Both the position numbers and the translations under genes were made by a program. Shown here in pieces: positions 44,970 to 54,250 of a stretch of 64,000 bases of DNA (position 1 is the stretch's first letter; each line of letters opens with the position of its first letter). Source of the DNA: Polyangiales bacterium (GTDB taxonomy: Bacteria > Myxococcota_A > Polyangia > Polyangiales > Ga0077539); NCBI GenBank assembly GCA_044229975.1, contig JBGARZ010000001.1, positions 672,001-736,000 on the forward strand, read 5' to 3'. The notes under the pieces are model-generated. The model ran no database searches and had not been told where the DNA came from. It saw only the letters and a list, made by a program, of their open reading frames with translations.

Positions 44970-46511
44970 GTGAGCGACGCGCCCGATCCGACCCCTACCA
45001 CGGTTTCTGCGCGGCTCCGACTGCACCTCGTGCCGTGGCTCATCGCCCTGCTCGCGCACGCGCCGGGGCTCGGCGGCGGCTTCGTCCTCGACGACGTGCG
45101 CGCCATCACCGGTCACCCCGGCGTCAACGGTCACGGCGCCCTGTCCATGGTCTTCAGCCGCACCTTCTGGGGGCAGGCGCTCGGCACTCCGCCCGCGTCG
45201 TGGCGGCCGCTCACGACGCTGTCCTTCGCCCTCGATGCGCGCGTCTTCGGCCTCTCGCCGGGGCCGATGCACGTCGAGTCGCTGCTGTGGTTCCTGGCGC
45301 TCGTGGCCGTCGCCCATCGCTTCGCGCGCGACCGCCTCGCGCCCACCGCGGCGCTGCTCGCCACCTGCCTCTTCGCGGCGATGCCGCTGCACGTCGAAAA
45401 CGTCGCCTCGCTCGTCGGCCGCGCCGACGTCATGGGCCTGCTCTTCGGGCTCATCGCCCTGCGCGCCTCTGCCACCACGCGCGGCCTCGCGCTCAGCGCC
45501 CTCGCCACCGCCCTCGCGCTGCTCTCCAAGGAGAGCGCGCTCAGCCTGCTCGGCGTGGCGGGCGTGCTCGGGTTCTTCCCGCGCGCTGGCGAGACCGCCC
45601 GCGATGGCCACAAGCGCACCGCCGTCGTCGCGGTCGTCGCCGCCCTCTACCTCGCCGCCCGCCTCCTCACGAGCGGAACCGTCGCCCGCTGGTGGGCCCC
45701 CGACGACGTCCTCGCAGGCGCCGCGCCGTGGCAGCGGGTCGTGTACGCCGTCGAGTACCTGAGCCGCGCGCTGCGTCTCGTACTGGCGCCGCTCGACCTG
45801 TGCACGGGGCGAAAGTTCGCGATGTTGTGGCGACCGTCGACGCCGCTCACGGCGCACTTCGCGGTGGGCGTGGTCTGCCTCGCGGCGGGCGCGTGGTCGT
45901 CGTGGGTGGCGTGGCGCGCGAAGAAGGCCCCGTGGGCGCTGTGCATCGCGATGACGGGGGTGATGTTCACGGGGCTCGCGTGGAAGGTGCCGGAGGCGAT
46001 GGCCGATCGGTTCTTCCTGGCGCCGACGCTCTTCCTCGCGCTGCTGGTGGCCGAGCCGACGCTCGCGTGGTGGCGGGAGGGCGGCGCGCGTCGGGCGCTG
46101 GTGGCGCTGCTGGTGACGATCAACCTCGCCGCGGCGGGGTTTCTGTCGACGCGATGGCACGACGACACGACGCTCTACGAACACTCGGTCGCGGCGTGCC
46201 CGGACTCGGCGCACAACCACTTCCGCTACGCGGGGCTGCTGGAGTCGCGGCGGGCGTACGAAGAGTCGGCGTGGCACGCGGCGCTCGCGTACGAGGCGAT
46301 CCGGCGCTTCCCTGGGCGGTGGGAACACCCCGCGGTGGAGGCCGAGGAGACGCTCCCGCCGAGGGAGCGTGTGCGGCAGATGCACCGGCTGCTGCGGGTG
46401 GAGCGGCAGGAGTTCGAGTGGCGCAACGCGGTGGCGGGCTATGCGCACCGCAACGGGATGCCGGGCGCGGCCGCGACGATCATGGCGGGGTTTGGTCCGC
46501 CGCGACGGTGA
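44970..46511 (+). CDS. TMTC-like GT-C membrane glycosyltransferase
   Basis: GFVLDD, WRPLTTLSFALD, PLHVENVA..VGRAD, SKES, ADRF motifs; helical C-terminus. Confidence 0.7.
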   Translation: MSDAPDPTPTTVSARLRLHLVPWLIALLAHAPGLGGGFVLDDVRAITGHPGVNGHGALSMVFSRTFWGQALGTPPASWRPLTTLSFALDARVFGLSPGPMHVESLLWFLALVAVAHRFARDRLAPTAALLATCLFAAMPLHVENVASLVGRADVMGLLFGLIALRASATTRGLALSALATALALLSKESALSLLGVAGVLGFFPRAGETARDGHKRTAVVAVVAALYLAARLLTSGTVARWWAPDDVLAGAAPWQRVVYAVEYLSRALRLVLAPLDLCTGRKFAMLWRPSTPLTAHFAVGVVCLAAGAWSSWVAWRAKKAPWALCIAMTGVMFTGLAWKVPEAMADRFFLAPTLFLALLVAEPTLAWWREGGARRALVALLVTINLAAAGFLSTRWHDDTTLYEHSVAACPDSAHNHFRYAGLLESRRAYEESAWHAALAYEAIRRFPGRWEHPAVEAEETLPPRERVRQMHRLLRVERQEFEWRNAVAGYAHRNGMPGAAATIMAGFGPPRR

Positions 46512-46549
46512 TCCATTCGTGGTCCCCGACCCGTGGGCCGCTGACAGAG

Positions 46550-46738
46550 CGGGGTTGGTCGCGTCCCGCGCCTGCACCACCGAGCAAGCGAACGCAGGCG
46601 CCCCTTCGGGGCTTTCGGAAGGGCGCTTCGGTCATCCAGCAGCCGGCGCGTTGTGTTGGCCGATCGCTTCGGGAAGCCCCGGAGGGGCGCCTGCGTTCGC
46701 TAGCCCGGTGGTGCAGGCGCGGGACGCGACCAACCCCG
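46550..46738. repeat. Intact REP/REPIN-like palindromic element (family A)
   Basis: 72-nt arms 46550-46621 and 46667-46738 with a few mismatches, 45-nt spacer; same arm sequence as the intron-invaded copy. Confidence 0.92.
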
Positions 46739-46819
46739 GTCCCTCAGCGGGTCATGCCCGTTGACACCGATGCTCAACCATTGGCGACGGAGCGGGTCGT
46801 TGCCCATGATGCGCGGACC

Positions 46820-47293
46820 ATGACCCACCCCACCGAAGACTTCGCCCCGACCCTCAACGCCCAGCGCGACGGCTGGAACGCTGCCATGGGCGTCCGCTAC
46901 GTCCGCGCCACCCTCGACGAGGTGGTCGCCGAGTGGACCATCGGCCCGCAGCACCTCCAGGCGTACGGCATCGTCCACGGCGGCGTGTACGCGGGCATCA
47001 TCGAGACGATCGCGTCCATCGGCGCGGCGCTCAACGCGATGCCGCGGGGACAGTCCATCGTGGGGTTGGAGAACAGCACGTCGTTCATCCGGGCGGTGCG
47101 GGGTGGGACGCTGCGGGCGACGGCGACGCCCATCACCCGCGGGCGTCGCTCGCAGGTGTGGGAGGCGACCGTCACCGACGAGGAGGGGAAGATCGTCTCG
47201 ACGGGGCGGGTGCGGCTCTTGGCGCTGGACGGGGGGTCGCCCATCGCGGGCGAGACGGTCACGGTGAAGGTGGGCGCGGCGCAGGAGGGGTGA
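46820..47293 (+). CDS. PaaI family thioesterase
   Basis: QAYGIVHGG...ET, hot-dog fold strand pattern. Confidence 0.9.
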   Translation: MTHPTEDFAPTLNAQRDGWNAAMGVRYVRATLDEVVAEWTIGPQHLQAYGIVHGGVYAGIIETIASIGAALNAMPRGQSIVGLENSTSFIRAVRGGTLRATATPITRGRRSQVWEATVTDEEGKIVSTGRVRLLALDGGSPIAGETVTVKVGAAQEG

Positions 47294-47346
47294 ACGGTCG
47301 CTGGTTTTGTGTGGCTGCTGGAGACCTCACCCTCGCTGCCGCACGT

Positions 47347-47625
47347 CCCTCTCCCTGCCAGGTTCGCTTCGGGACACATCTCTAGAGAGAGCTCGTTTTC
47401 TCGATGGATTGAGATAGTGCAAGCCGTCACACGTCGCTGGGGTGCGGGCCAACGCCCAAACCCCAGCCCCGCAGCGGGTTGCACCCCATCGAGCAACGTT
47501 GGTTGCGCATCTCGTGGGCCGAACGAGCGGAACAAAGGGGTCGAGACTCCGCCGCGTCGCTTCGGAAGCGACTCAACGCAGGATCGAGTCCCCGGCGTGT
47601 CTGTTCGGGAGCCGTGCAGGAGGGG
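47347..47625. ncRNA. Candidate structured non-coding RNA (6S-like rod architecture)
   Basis: Ends pair with each other (CCCTCTCCCTGC..GGGACAC / GTGTCTG..GCAGGAGGGG) and enclose nested stems; non-coding-looking gap between convergent genes. Confidence 0.4.
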
Positions 47626-47633
47626 TCATCCCA

Positions 47634-48860
47634 TCACGGTAGCGGCAGCAGATCCTCCACCCGCACGTCGGCGTCGCGCTGATCGGTGACCACCCGGCGG
47701 CTCTGGCCCTCGGTCCCCAACAGCAACGCGTCCACCGTGTCGCGCGACATCCCGGCGACGGCGGTGCCGTCGATGGACACCACCCGCTCGCCCATCCTGA
47801 AACCGCGGTCGTACGCGTTGGTCCCCATGGGCACCTCCCCGGTGAAGATCTCGCCCGCCGCGTTGGCCACCAGGAACATGCCCACCCGGGTCATCGGGTC
47901 GCGCACATGCGACGCGTCGCGGTAGCGCCGCAGCACCACCTCGTGGGCCGGATAGTCGATGGTCGTGAGCCACGGCCGCAGGAAGTCCGCCCCGAGCAAC
48001 CCGTCGACGGTTCCGCCCACTTCGCCCGCGACGTTCGCGAGGTTGGCGGCGCTGTACCCGATCACGAGCGACCCCTCGCGCGACACGCCGAGCGCGTTGA
48101 TGCGGCGCACGCGGAAGAGCTGCTGCTGCATCGTTCCACCCTGAGCGACAACCGTGAGCGTCCTGCTGCGACGCCCGTCCGCCGTGAACGCCGCCACCAT
48201 GGCGTCGCTGATGCCGGTGCTCGCCGCGCCCGTGTCGAGGAGCATCCGCAGCCGACGCGACTCGATCTCGACGTCGACCATGAGGCGGGTCGCAGGGATG
48301 GGCACCGTCGTCCCGTTGGCGAGCCGCAGCGTGCCGCCGCCGACGAGCGTAAACGGCATCCGCACGACCTCCTCGGTGACCGCCGCGTCCGTGGGCGGGG
48401 CCCCGAGGGAGAAGCGACTCCGCTGCCAGTCCCAGGTGCTCGTGAACTGGCAGATGAGGTTGACCCCGAGCACGCCACCCACCGCAGGCGCGAGCCCGAG
48501 GGGGTCACCACCCACGATCGGAACACCCACCAACGACAGCGCCCCGAAGGCCAGCGTGGCGGTGCCGACGTTGCCCTCGGCGACGTTGGTCCCATACGAC
48601 TCGCGACGCACGAAGGTCGCCGGTGACCCGGTGTCGACGAGCATGGGCGGACCGCTGCGCCCGTCGACCGTCACCGGGACGGTGAACAGCCCGAGCAGGG
48701 GCGTCGCCATCACCGGCACGCCCATCGGCCCGTCGACGCGGCGCGCGTGGTGCCCCGGAATCGTCGTCATCATCATGTCGCTGGTCGTCGGAGGCCGATC
48801 GTCGCCACCACAACCAAACGCGCCGAGAGCCAGGAGGAGTGCAAGACCGTGAGACCGCAT
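47634..48860 (-). CDS. Lipoprotein with tandem aspartyl protease domains and a PDZ domain
   Basis: Lipobox AFGC, VDTGSP and LDTGAA, GVLG/GLLG motifs, C-terminal GERVVSIDG PDZ. Confidence 0.85.
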   Translation of the reverse strand: MRSHGLALLLALGAFGCGGDDRPPTTSDMMMTTIPGHHARRVDGPMGVPVMATPLLGLFTVPVTVDGRSGPPMLVDTGSPATFVRRESYGTNVAEGNVGTATLAFGALSLVGVPIVGGDPLGLAPAVGGVLGVNLICQFTSTWDWQRSRFSLGAPPTDAAVTEEVVRMPFTLVGGGTLRLANGTTVPIPATRLMVDVEIESRRLRMLLDTGAASTGISDAMVAAFTADGRRSRTLTVVAQGGTMQQQLFRVRRINALGVSREGSLVIGYSAANLANVAGEVGGTVDGLLGADFLRPWLTTIDYPAHEVVLRRYRDASHVRDPMTRVGMFLVANAAGEIFTGEVPMGTNAYDRGFRMGERVVSIDGTAVAGMSRDTVDALLLGTEGQSRRVVTDQRDADVRVEDLLPLP

Positions 48861-48880
48861 GCGCGCAGTCTCGCGCGGGC

Positions 48881-50806
48881 TCACACGGTGCTGTCAAGCG
48901 CGCCGTCGCCCACGCGCACGGCGCCGGTGGCCCGGAGCACCGGGCTCCACGTCGCCGCGGACGTGAGCGCGAGCTGGTGCGACGCGCGGGTCATCGCCAC
49001 GTAGAGAGCGCGGCGCGCCTCGTCGCCGTCGGGGTACGCGCCCACGTCGCAGTCGGCGACCACCACGTGATCGAACTCCAGGCCCTTCACCTCCTGCACG
49101 CAGGTCACCTCGACGCCCGCCACGAAGCGGAAGTCCCCGCCGCGCACCAGGCGCACGAGGTCGTCGCCGCGCTTCAACAGCCCCGCCGTGCGCGCTGCCG
49201 CTTCGGGTGTGCGGCACACCACCGCGACGGACGCCTCCGGGTCGGACGCCCGCAACGCCCGCAGCGCATCGACCAACGCCGCCACCAGATGAAACGTCGT
49301 CGGCGCGCGCCACGTCGCGACGGCCTCGTCGAGCGGCGACTCGATGGGCGCCTCTCGCAGCACCGCCCGCGCGAGGGTCGTCACCGACGGCGGGCAGCGG
49401 TAGCTCACCGCGAGGCGCACCAGCTCGTGGTCGTCGGCGCCGAGCTCGCGCATGGCCTCGCCCCAACCCGGGAAGTACGCCGTCGGATCAACCTGCTGGC
49501 CCTCGTCACCTGCGACGATGAGGGTTCCGCCGGGGCGCACCGCGCGTCCGATGAGGGACAGCTCCAGCGGCGCGAACTCCTGCGCCTCGTCGAGCACCAC
49601 GCAGTCATACGCACCCGGCGACGGAGCGGGTGAGCCAGGCGTCGCGCGCAGGGCCGCGAGGGCGAAGAGCACGGCGTAGTCCTCGGGGTCGATGGCCCCG
49701 GCGTCCTCGAAGGGAGTCCCGGCGTCGAGGCGCAGACCATCGACGGCGGCGAGGCGGTCGGCGTCGACGTGGCGGTGGGACTCCTCGGTGGTGGCCGTGA
49801 ACTGCACGTTGGTGTGCTCCAGCACGCGCGTGACGACGTGCGGCCCGACGACGCCGCCCGAGGCTGCGGCGACGCGATCCATCAAGAGGCGCTCGCCGAA
49901 GAGATGCTGGAGGTCTTCGCGGTTGGCGGTCGCACCTGGTGGGCGCCCCGCACGCGTGGCCACGTCGGCGAGCGCGACGCGGAGCGCGGGGTGTCGCTTG
50001 AGGCGGTTGACGGCCGCCGCGTATCCGCTGCCCTCGCGCCGCGGAATGCCGGGAAACGCCTTGCGCGCCTGCACGGCGGCCCAGCGTTCGTAGCTCCGCA
50101 CCTCGACGTCCTCGGCGCCGAGGCGGGCGAGCAAGGTCTCGGACAGGCGCCGCAAGCCTTCGACGGGGACGAGCACCAGCGCGCGGAAGGGACGCCCGGA
50201 TTCGAGCGCACGACGACGGAGCGCGACGAGGCGATGGAGCGCGACGGTGGTCTTGCCGCAGCCGGCCTCACCGAGCGCGAGGAGCGGGCGACGGCGCGGG
50301 AGGTCGACCGCGCGGCGCTGCTCGGCGTCGAGGGCCTCGATGGTGAGGGGCGAGGCGGCGCGGGAGGTTCCGCGAGGGCGCGGACGCAGGAGCGTGAGGG
50401 CGGGGTGCGCGGTGCGACGCCACGGTCCGCCGTCGCGGCGGGTGAAGACGGCGTCGGGCGTGGCGACCTCGACGAGCGAGCCCCCGGCGAAGTGGAGGAG
50501 GGCGCGGGCGCGGAGGGTTCCGTCGAGGGTGCGGCCGTCGACGGTGAGCTCGTAGTCGTCGCCGACGGACGTCGAGAAGAACATCGACGCCAGGGGCGCG
50601 GTCTGCCAGTGCAGCACGGAGACGGGGCCGTGGATGTCGGTGCGCCAGCCGAGGAGGTGCTCGCGGGTTCGGCCCGCGGTCTCGACCTCCATCCAGCCGA
50701 AGCATGGTGTTGCCTCACCCGGTGAAGTCAGCGCCGCCTGGGCGGTGATGGCTTCGAGGTGGCGGATGAGGTGTTGTTCGCGGTCGCTGAGCGCGTCGTC
50801 CATCAC
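48881..50806 (-). CDS. SF1 UvrD-fold ATPase, HelD-like
   Basis: HWQTAPLA (HelD DWRAP-like), GEAGCGKTTVALHR, DEAQE, GDEGQ, SYR, KGLEFD, LYVAMTRA. Confidence 0.8.
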   Translation of the reverse strand: MMDDALSDREQHLIRHLEAITAQAALTSPGEATPCFGWMEVETAGRTREHLLGWRTDIHGPVSVLHWQTAPLASMFFSTSVGDDYELTVDGRTLDGTLRARALLHFAGGSLVEVATPDAVFTRRDGGPWRRTAHPALTLLRPRPRGTSRAASPLTIEALDAEQRRAVDLPRRRPLLALGEAGCGKTTVALHRLVALRRRALESGRPFRALVLVPVEGLRRLSETLLARLGAEDVEVRSYERWAAVQARKAFPGIPRREGSGYAAAVNRLKRHPALRVALADVATRAGRPPGATANREDLQHLFGERLLMDRVAAASGGVVGPHVVTRVLEHTNVQFTATTEESHRHVDADRLAAVDGLRLDAGTPFEDAGAIDPEDYAVLFALAALRATPGSPAPSPGAYDCVVLDEAQEFAPLELSLIGRAVRPGGTLIVAGDEGQQVDPTAYFPGWGEAMRELGADDHELVRLAVSYRCPPSVTTLARAVLREAPIESPLDEAVATWRAPTTFHLVAALVDALRALRASDPEASVAVVCRTPEAAARTAGLLKRGDDLVRLVRGGDFRFVAGVEVTCVQEVKGLEFDHVVVADCDVGAYPDGDEARRALYVAMTRASHQLALTSAATWSPVLRATGAVRVGDGALDSTV

Positions 50807-50828
50807 CCTCTATGGGAGGACGCGCTAG

Positions 50829-50916
50829 CGGAGAGAGTGGGATTCGAACCCACGGTACCCTTTTGGAGTACACCGCATTTCCAGTGCGGCGCCTTCGACC
50901 ACTCGGCCATCTCTCC
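50829..50916 (-). tRNA. tRNA-Ser (GGA)
   Basis: GGAGAGA acceptor, anticodon arm CCGCA-CTGGAAA-TGCGG, long variable arm, GGTTCGAATCC; CCA not encoded. Confidence 0.96.
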
Positions 50917-50964
50917 CAACGGCGTCGGTCGCGGGGACCGACGCCGGGAACTTCTATGATTGAG

Positions 50965-51049
50965 CGGAGAGCAAGGGATTCGAACCCTTGGTACCTTTCG
51001 GCACACCTGATTTCGAATCAGGCACCATCGACCACTCGGACAGCTCTCC
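50965..51049 (-). tRNA. tRNA-Ser (CGA)
   Basis: GGAGAGC acceptor, anticodon arm CCTGA-TTCGAAA-TCAGG, long variable arm, GGTTCGAATCC; CCA not encoded. Confidence 0.96.
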
Positions 51050-51056
51050 GCCGCGG

Positions 51057-51085
51057 AAACTACGAAAGCCCCCCTACCGTGTCAA
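51057..51085 (-). promoter_or_regulatory. Sigma70 promoter of the tRNA pair (TTGACA-N17-TAGTTT, GC-rich discriminator)
   Basis: Consensus -35, 17-nt spacer, CCGCGGC immediately before the tRNA. Confidence 0.7.
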
Positions 51086-51543
51086 CGCCGAACCCCACGA
51101 CGTGCACGGAAGAACGCCCGGAGCACCTCCGCACACGCCTCAGCCTCGACTCCGCCCACGACTTCGTAGCGGTGATTGAGCCGCGCGTCCTCGCCCAACC
51201 GGTAGAGCGTCGCGACGCCGCCCGCCTTCGGATCGTCGCAGCCGTACACCACGCGCCCGATTCGCGCGTTGACGAAGGCCCCCGCGCACATCACGCACGG
51301 CTCCAACGTCACGTACGCGGTCACCTTCTCCAACCGCCACGTCCCGAGCGTCGTCGCTCCGGCGCGCATCGCGACCACCTCGGCGTGCGCCGTCGGGTCT
51401 TCCAGCGCCTCGCGGAGGTTGTGCCCGCGCGCGAGCTCGACGCCGTCCGCGCCCACGAGCACGCAGCCCACCGGAACCTCTCCCACTGCGGCCGCCGCTG
51501 CCGCCTCGGCGAGCGCGACCTGCATCCAGTCGGAGTCGGTCAC
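51082..51543 (-). CDS. tadA: tRNA adenosine(34) deaminase
   Basis: GEVPVG, DPTAHAE, TLEPCVMCAGA, DPKAG, LNHR, FFRARR. Confidence 0.93.
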   Translation of the reverse strand: MTDSDWMQVALAEAAAAAAVGEVPVGCVLVGADGVELARGHNLREALEDPTAHAEVVAMRAGATTLGTWRLEKVTAYVTLEPCVMCAGAFVNARIGRVVYGCDDPKAGGVATLYRLGEDARLNHRYEVVGGVEAEACAEVLRAFFRARRGVRR

Positions 51544-51995
51544 CGGTCGAGTTCGCGGCGGATGTTGTAGACGCCCATGGCCTCGGCCACGGACTGATCG
51601 GGGTCGCTCGCGTGGTAGGCGCGGATGGAGGTCACCCCCATGCGGTTGCCCACGCGGCGGATCTTCGCCTCGGCGTAGAGGTCTTCCAGTCGGCCGGGGC
51701 GGAGGTAGTCCACGCGGATGTCCACCGTCGAGACGCGGTCGCCCACCGCGAGCTCGCTGAACACCGCCGCCCCCCCAGCGGTGTCGAGCACCGTCGCGAT
51801 GACGCCGCCGTGCAGCGCCGGTCGAAACGGGTCGCCCACCAGCTCGGGCTTGAAGGGCAGGAGCAACGTGGCCGTGCCCCGCTCCAGCGACACCAGCCGC
51901 AGACCGAGGTAGCGGTTGAAGGGAATCTCCTCCGCGAAGAACCTCTCGATCGACCCGCGCACCTGCGGATCCAGCACCGTCAGCGACTCGCCCAT
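51540..51995 (-). CDS. PaaI/hot-dog fold thioesterase
   Basis: IPFN..LG, LVGDP...LHGG...LD, STVDIRVDYLRPG. Confidence 0.88.
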   Translation of the reverse strand: MGESLTVLDPQVRGSIERFFAEEIPFNRYLGLRLVSLERGTATLLLPFKPELVGDPFRPALHGGVIATVLDTAGGAAVFSELAVGDRVSTVDIRVDYLRPGRLEDLYAEAKIRRVGNRMGVTSIRAYHASDPDQSVAEAMGVYNIRRELDR

Positions 51996-52168
51996 GGCGG
52001 GGGTTCTACTCCTGGCGGGCGAGGCGTTGAATGGCCCGCGGATGGGCGCCGTACCTCATCCCGACCGTGCCTGTCAGCCTCTGTGACCGCGGCAGATTCC
52101 GCTGTACTTCCGATTGACCGATCCGGCGCTATGCTGCCGTTGGTTCGTTCGAGCGAAGGAGCATCACC

Positions 52169-52432
52169 ATGAAGCGCTTCCTGGGCCTTGCGTTTGCCGT
52201 CACCGTCGCCGCCTCTCCCCTCGCCAACGCGCAGCCGCGCCAGTCGCCCGCCCCGGTCGCAGCTCCGGTCGCGCTCCAGACCCCGGCTCCGATCGTGACC
52301 CCGGCCCCGGCCCAGCCCGCGCCGGGCCTCTGTTGCTGCCGCGCCTGGTCCCACGGCTGGCAGTACTCGTGGCGCGACAACGCGGCGTGCACCGCCGCGA
52401 ACGGCACGTGCGTCAGCCCCGACCACTGCTGA
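52169..52432 (+). CDS. Small secreted six-cysteine protein
   Basis: AAGGAG RBS, signal peptide ANA-Q, Pro/Ala linker, CCC-x16-C-x6-C-x5-C. Confidence 0.65.
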   Translation: MKRFLGLAFAVTVAASPLANAQPRQSPAPVAAPVALQTPAPIVTPAPAQPAPGLCCCRAWSHGWQYSWRDNAACTAANGTCVSPDHC

Positions 52433-52467
52433 TCGGCCCGCCGCCCCTTACCCCCCCTCTCAGCCCC

Positions 52468-52989
52468 TCATTCCAGTTCGCGCGTCACGATCATCCGGTC
52501 GCGGCGAATCTCGCCGTTCACCACTGTTCCGGTGATGGAGAAGGTCGACTCGTTGCTGTCACCGTCGAGGTCGCCGATGGCGCGGGAGTAGAAGTACGCC
52601 CCTTCGCCGGTGCCCGCCGTGTACGACGCGTACGCGTAGTAGTGCGGGACGTCGATGGAGAACCCGATGGCCACCCACTGCGGATCATTGGCCCAGATGC
52701 TCGGGCGCGCGGGGTACTTGTTGCGACCGGGAGTGCTGTTGGGCGTGTACGTCGCCGCGGAGGCGAAGTTCTGCGACGTCCCACGGTCCAGGTTGCGCTG
52801 GTAGTAGGTCATCTGGCCCTGGAAGATCGCCCGGATGTTGCCCACCGCCTCGGTCGTCTTGGTCCGCTTGACGTAGCGGCTGTACGCGGGGATGGAGATG
52901 CCCGCGAGGATCCCCAGGATGACCACGGCGATCATCAGCTCGACCAACGTGAAACCCCACCGACCCCACCGAAACGATCGCATCGTCAT
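52468..52989 (-). CDS. Type IV pilin-like protein (PilA/PilE type)
   Basis: G|FTLVELMIAVVILGILAGISIP prepilin motif, KTTEA, GDLDGD. Confidence 0.92.
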   Translation of the reverse strand: MTMRSFRWGRWGFTLVELMIAVVILGILAGISIPAYSRYVKRTKTTEAVGNIRAIFQGQMTYYQRNLDRGTSQNFASAATYTPNSTPGRNKYPARPSIWANDPQWVAIGFSIDVPHYYAYASYTAGTGEGAYFYSRAIGDLDGDSNESTFSITGTVVNGEIRRDRMIVTRELE

Positions 52990-53106
52990 CGTTCGCTCCT
53001 CGTCGGAAGCGACCAATGGACCAGCCCAGGATTTCCCGCAAGATCCCCTCCGCCAACATCGCGGTGACAAGACGGCGTCGGTGACCGTCGGGTATATTGG
53101 TGGGCC

Positions 53107-53886
53107 GTGCGCCTGACGGTGCTCGCGAGCGGTTCGGGCGGCAACGCGATGCTCGTCGAGGCCGGCGCTACGCGGCTCCTCGTCGACGCGGGCCTGCCGC
53201 TGGTCACGCTGCGACGACAGTTCGTCCGCGCGAAGCTCACGGGCAACCCCACCGCCATCATCATCACCCACGCCCACGGTGATCACTGCCGCCACGCGGC
53301 GGAGCTCACCGAGCACTTCCAGGTTCCGCTCTACGTGAGCGAGGCCACGCGCCGCAGCGTGCGCCTGAGCGGGCGACGCGCGCCGCAGGTGTTCGGCACG
53401 CGGGGCGCCTTTCCCATTGGCGACCTCAGCGTGTCGGCGATGGTGGTCCCCCACGACGCGCCGCAGGTGTCGCTGCGCTTCGAGCACCCGAGCGGGAGCG
53501 CGGCGCTCGCGACTGATCTCGGAGAGGTTCCGTCGGGTCTGCTCGGGCACTTCGCCGGGTGCGACACGGTGCTCATCGAGTCCAACCACGACAGCGAGAT
53601 GCTCGCCAACGGTCCGTACCCGTACCACCTGCGCCGCCGCGTCGCGGGCGACCACGGGCACCTCTCCAACGCGCAGACCCACGGCTTCCTGCGCGCGCTC
53701 GACCGCGGCACCCGCACCGTCGTGCTCATGCACCTGTCGCAGACCAACAACACCGCCGAGCTCGCGCGCGACTCGGCCGCCCACGCGCTCCGCGACCACA
53801 CCGCGACGCTGCTCGTGGCGTCGCAGTTCGGCACCACCAGCATCGACATGGCGCCGCCTGCTCAGCAGGAGCTCTTCCCGCGTTGA
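53107..53886 (+). CDS. MBL-fold metallohydrolase (YycJ/WalJ-like)
   Basis: LASGSGGN, THAHGDH, PHDA, TDLG, ESNHD, GHLSN, HLSQTNN. Confidence 0.92.
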   Translation: MRLTVLASGSGGNAMLVEAGATRLLVDAGLPLVTLRRQFVRAKLTGNPTAIIITHAHGDHCRHAAELTEHFQVPLYVSEATRRSVRLSGRRAPQVFGTRGAFPIGDLSVSAMVVPHDAPQVSLRFEHPSGSAALATDLGEVPSGLLGHFAGCDTVLIESNHDSEMLANGPYPYHLRRRVAGDHGHLSNAQTHGFLRALDRGTRTVVLMHLSQTNNTAELARDSAAHALRDHTATLLVASQFGTTSIDMAPPAQQELFPR

Positions 53887-53899
53887 GGCCGCGCTCGGA

Positions 53900-54184
53900 C
53901 TACGGCTTGTTGGCTTCGAGCACCGCGCCACTATCGGGTGACGCCGCGGGCTGCGCGCGGTGGGGCTCATAGGTCTGCGGCCGGGGCGGGCCTCCGTAGC
54001 AGGCGGCCAGCGAAGCGCTCGCGGTGAGGGCAGCGGCGAGAGCAACGACGACCCGCGTGGCCTGTGCGCCCGACGGCGTGCGCTCGGTCGGAGCGCGCAA
54101 CGGCGCAGCACAGAACGGACACGCGCCATCGTCGTGGCGCACGTGGCGGGAGCAGGACGAGCAGGGGACGAGCACTTGCGACAT
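53900..54184 (-). CDS. Small protein: CxxCxRH...CPFC ribbon, hydrophobic helix, CYGGPP motif
   Basis: GGAGG RBS; PCSSCSRHVR..CPFC; LAAC-YGGPP. Confidence 0.7.
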   Translation of the reverse strand: MSQVLVPCSSCSRHVRHDDGACPFCAAPLRAPTERTPSGAQATRVVVALAAALTASASLAACYGGPPRPQTYEPHRAQPAASPDSGAVLEANKP

Positions 54185-54250
54185 GAGTGGACCTCCAATG
54201 GGGATGACGAGGAGCAACGCGCACCGCCCGGTGGCGCTTACAGCCCGACG

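Noticed and set aside
50829..51049. tRNA integration site or genomic island boundary
   Set aside because: No integrase in the window and no duplicated tRNA 3' end that I could find.
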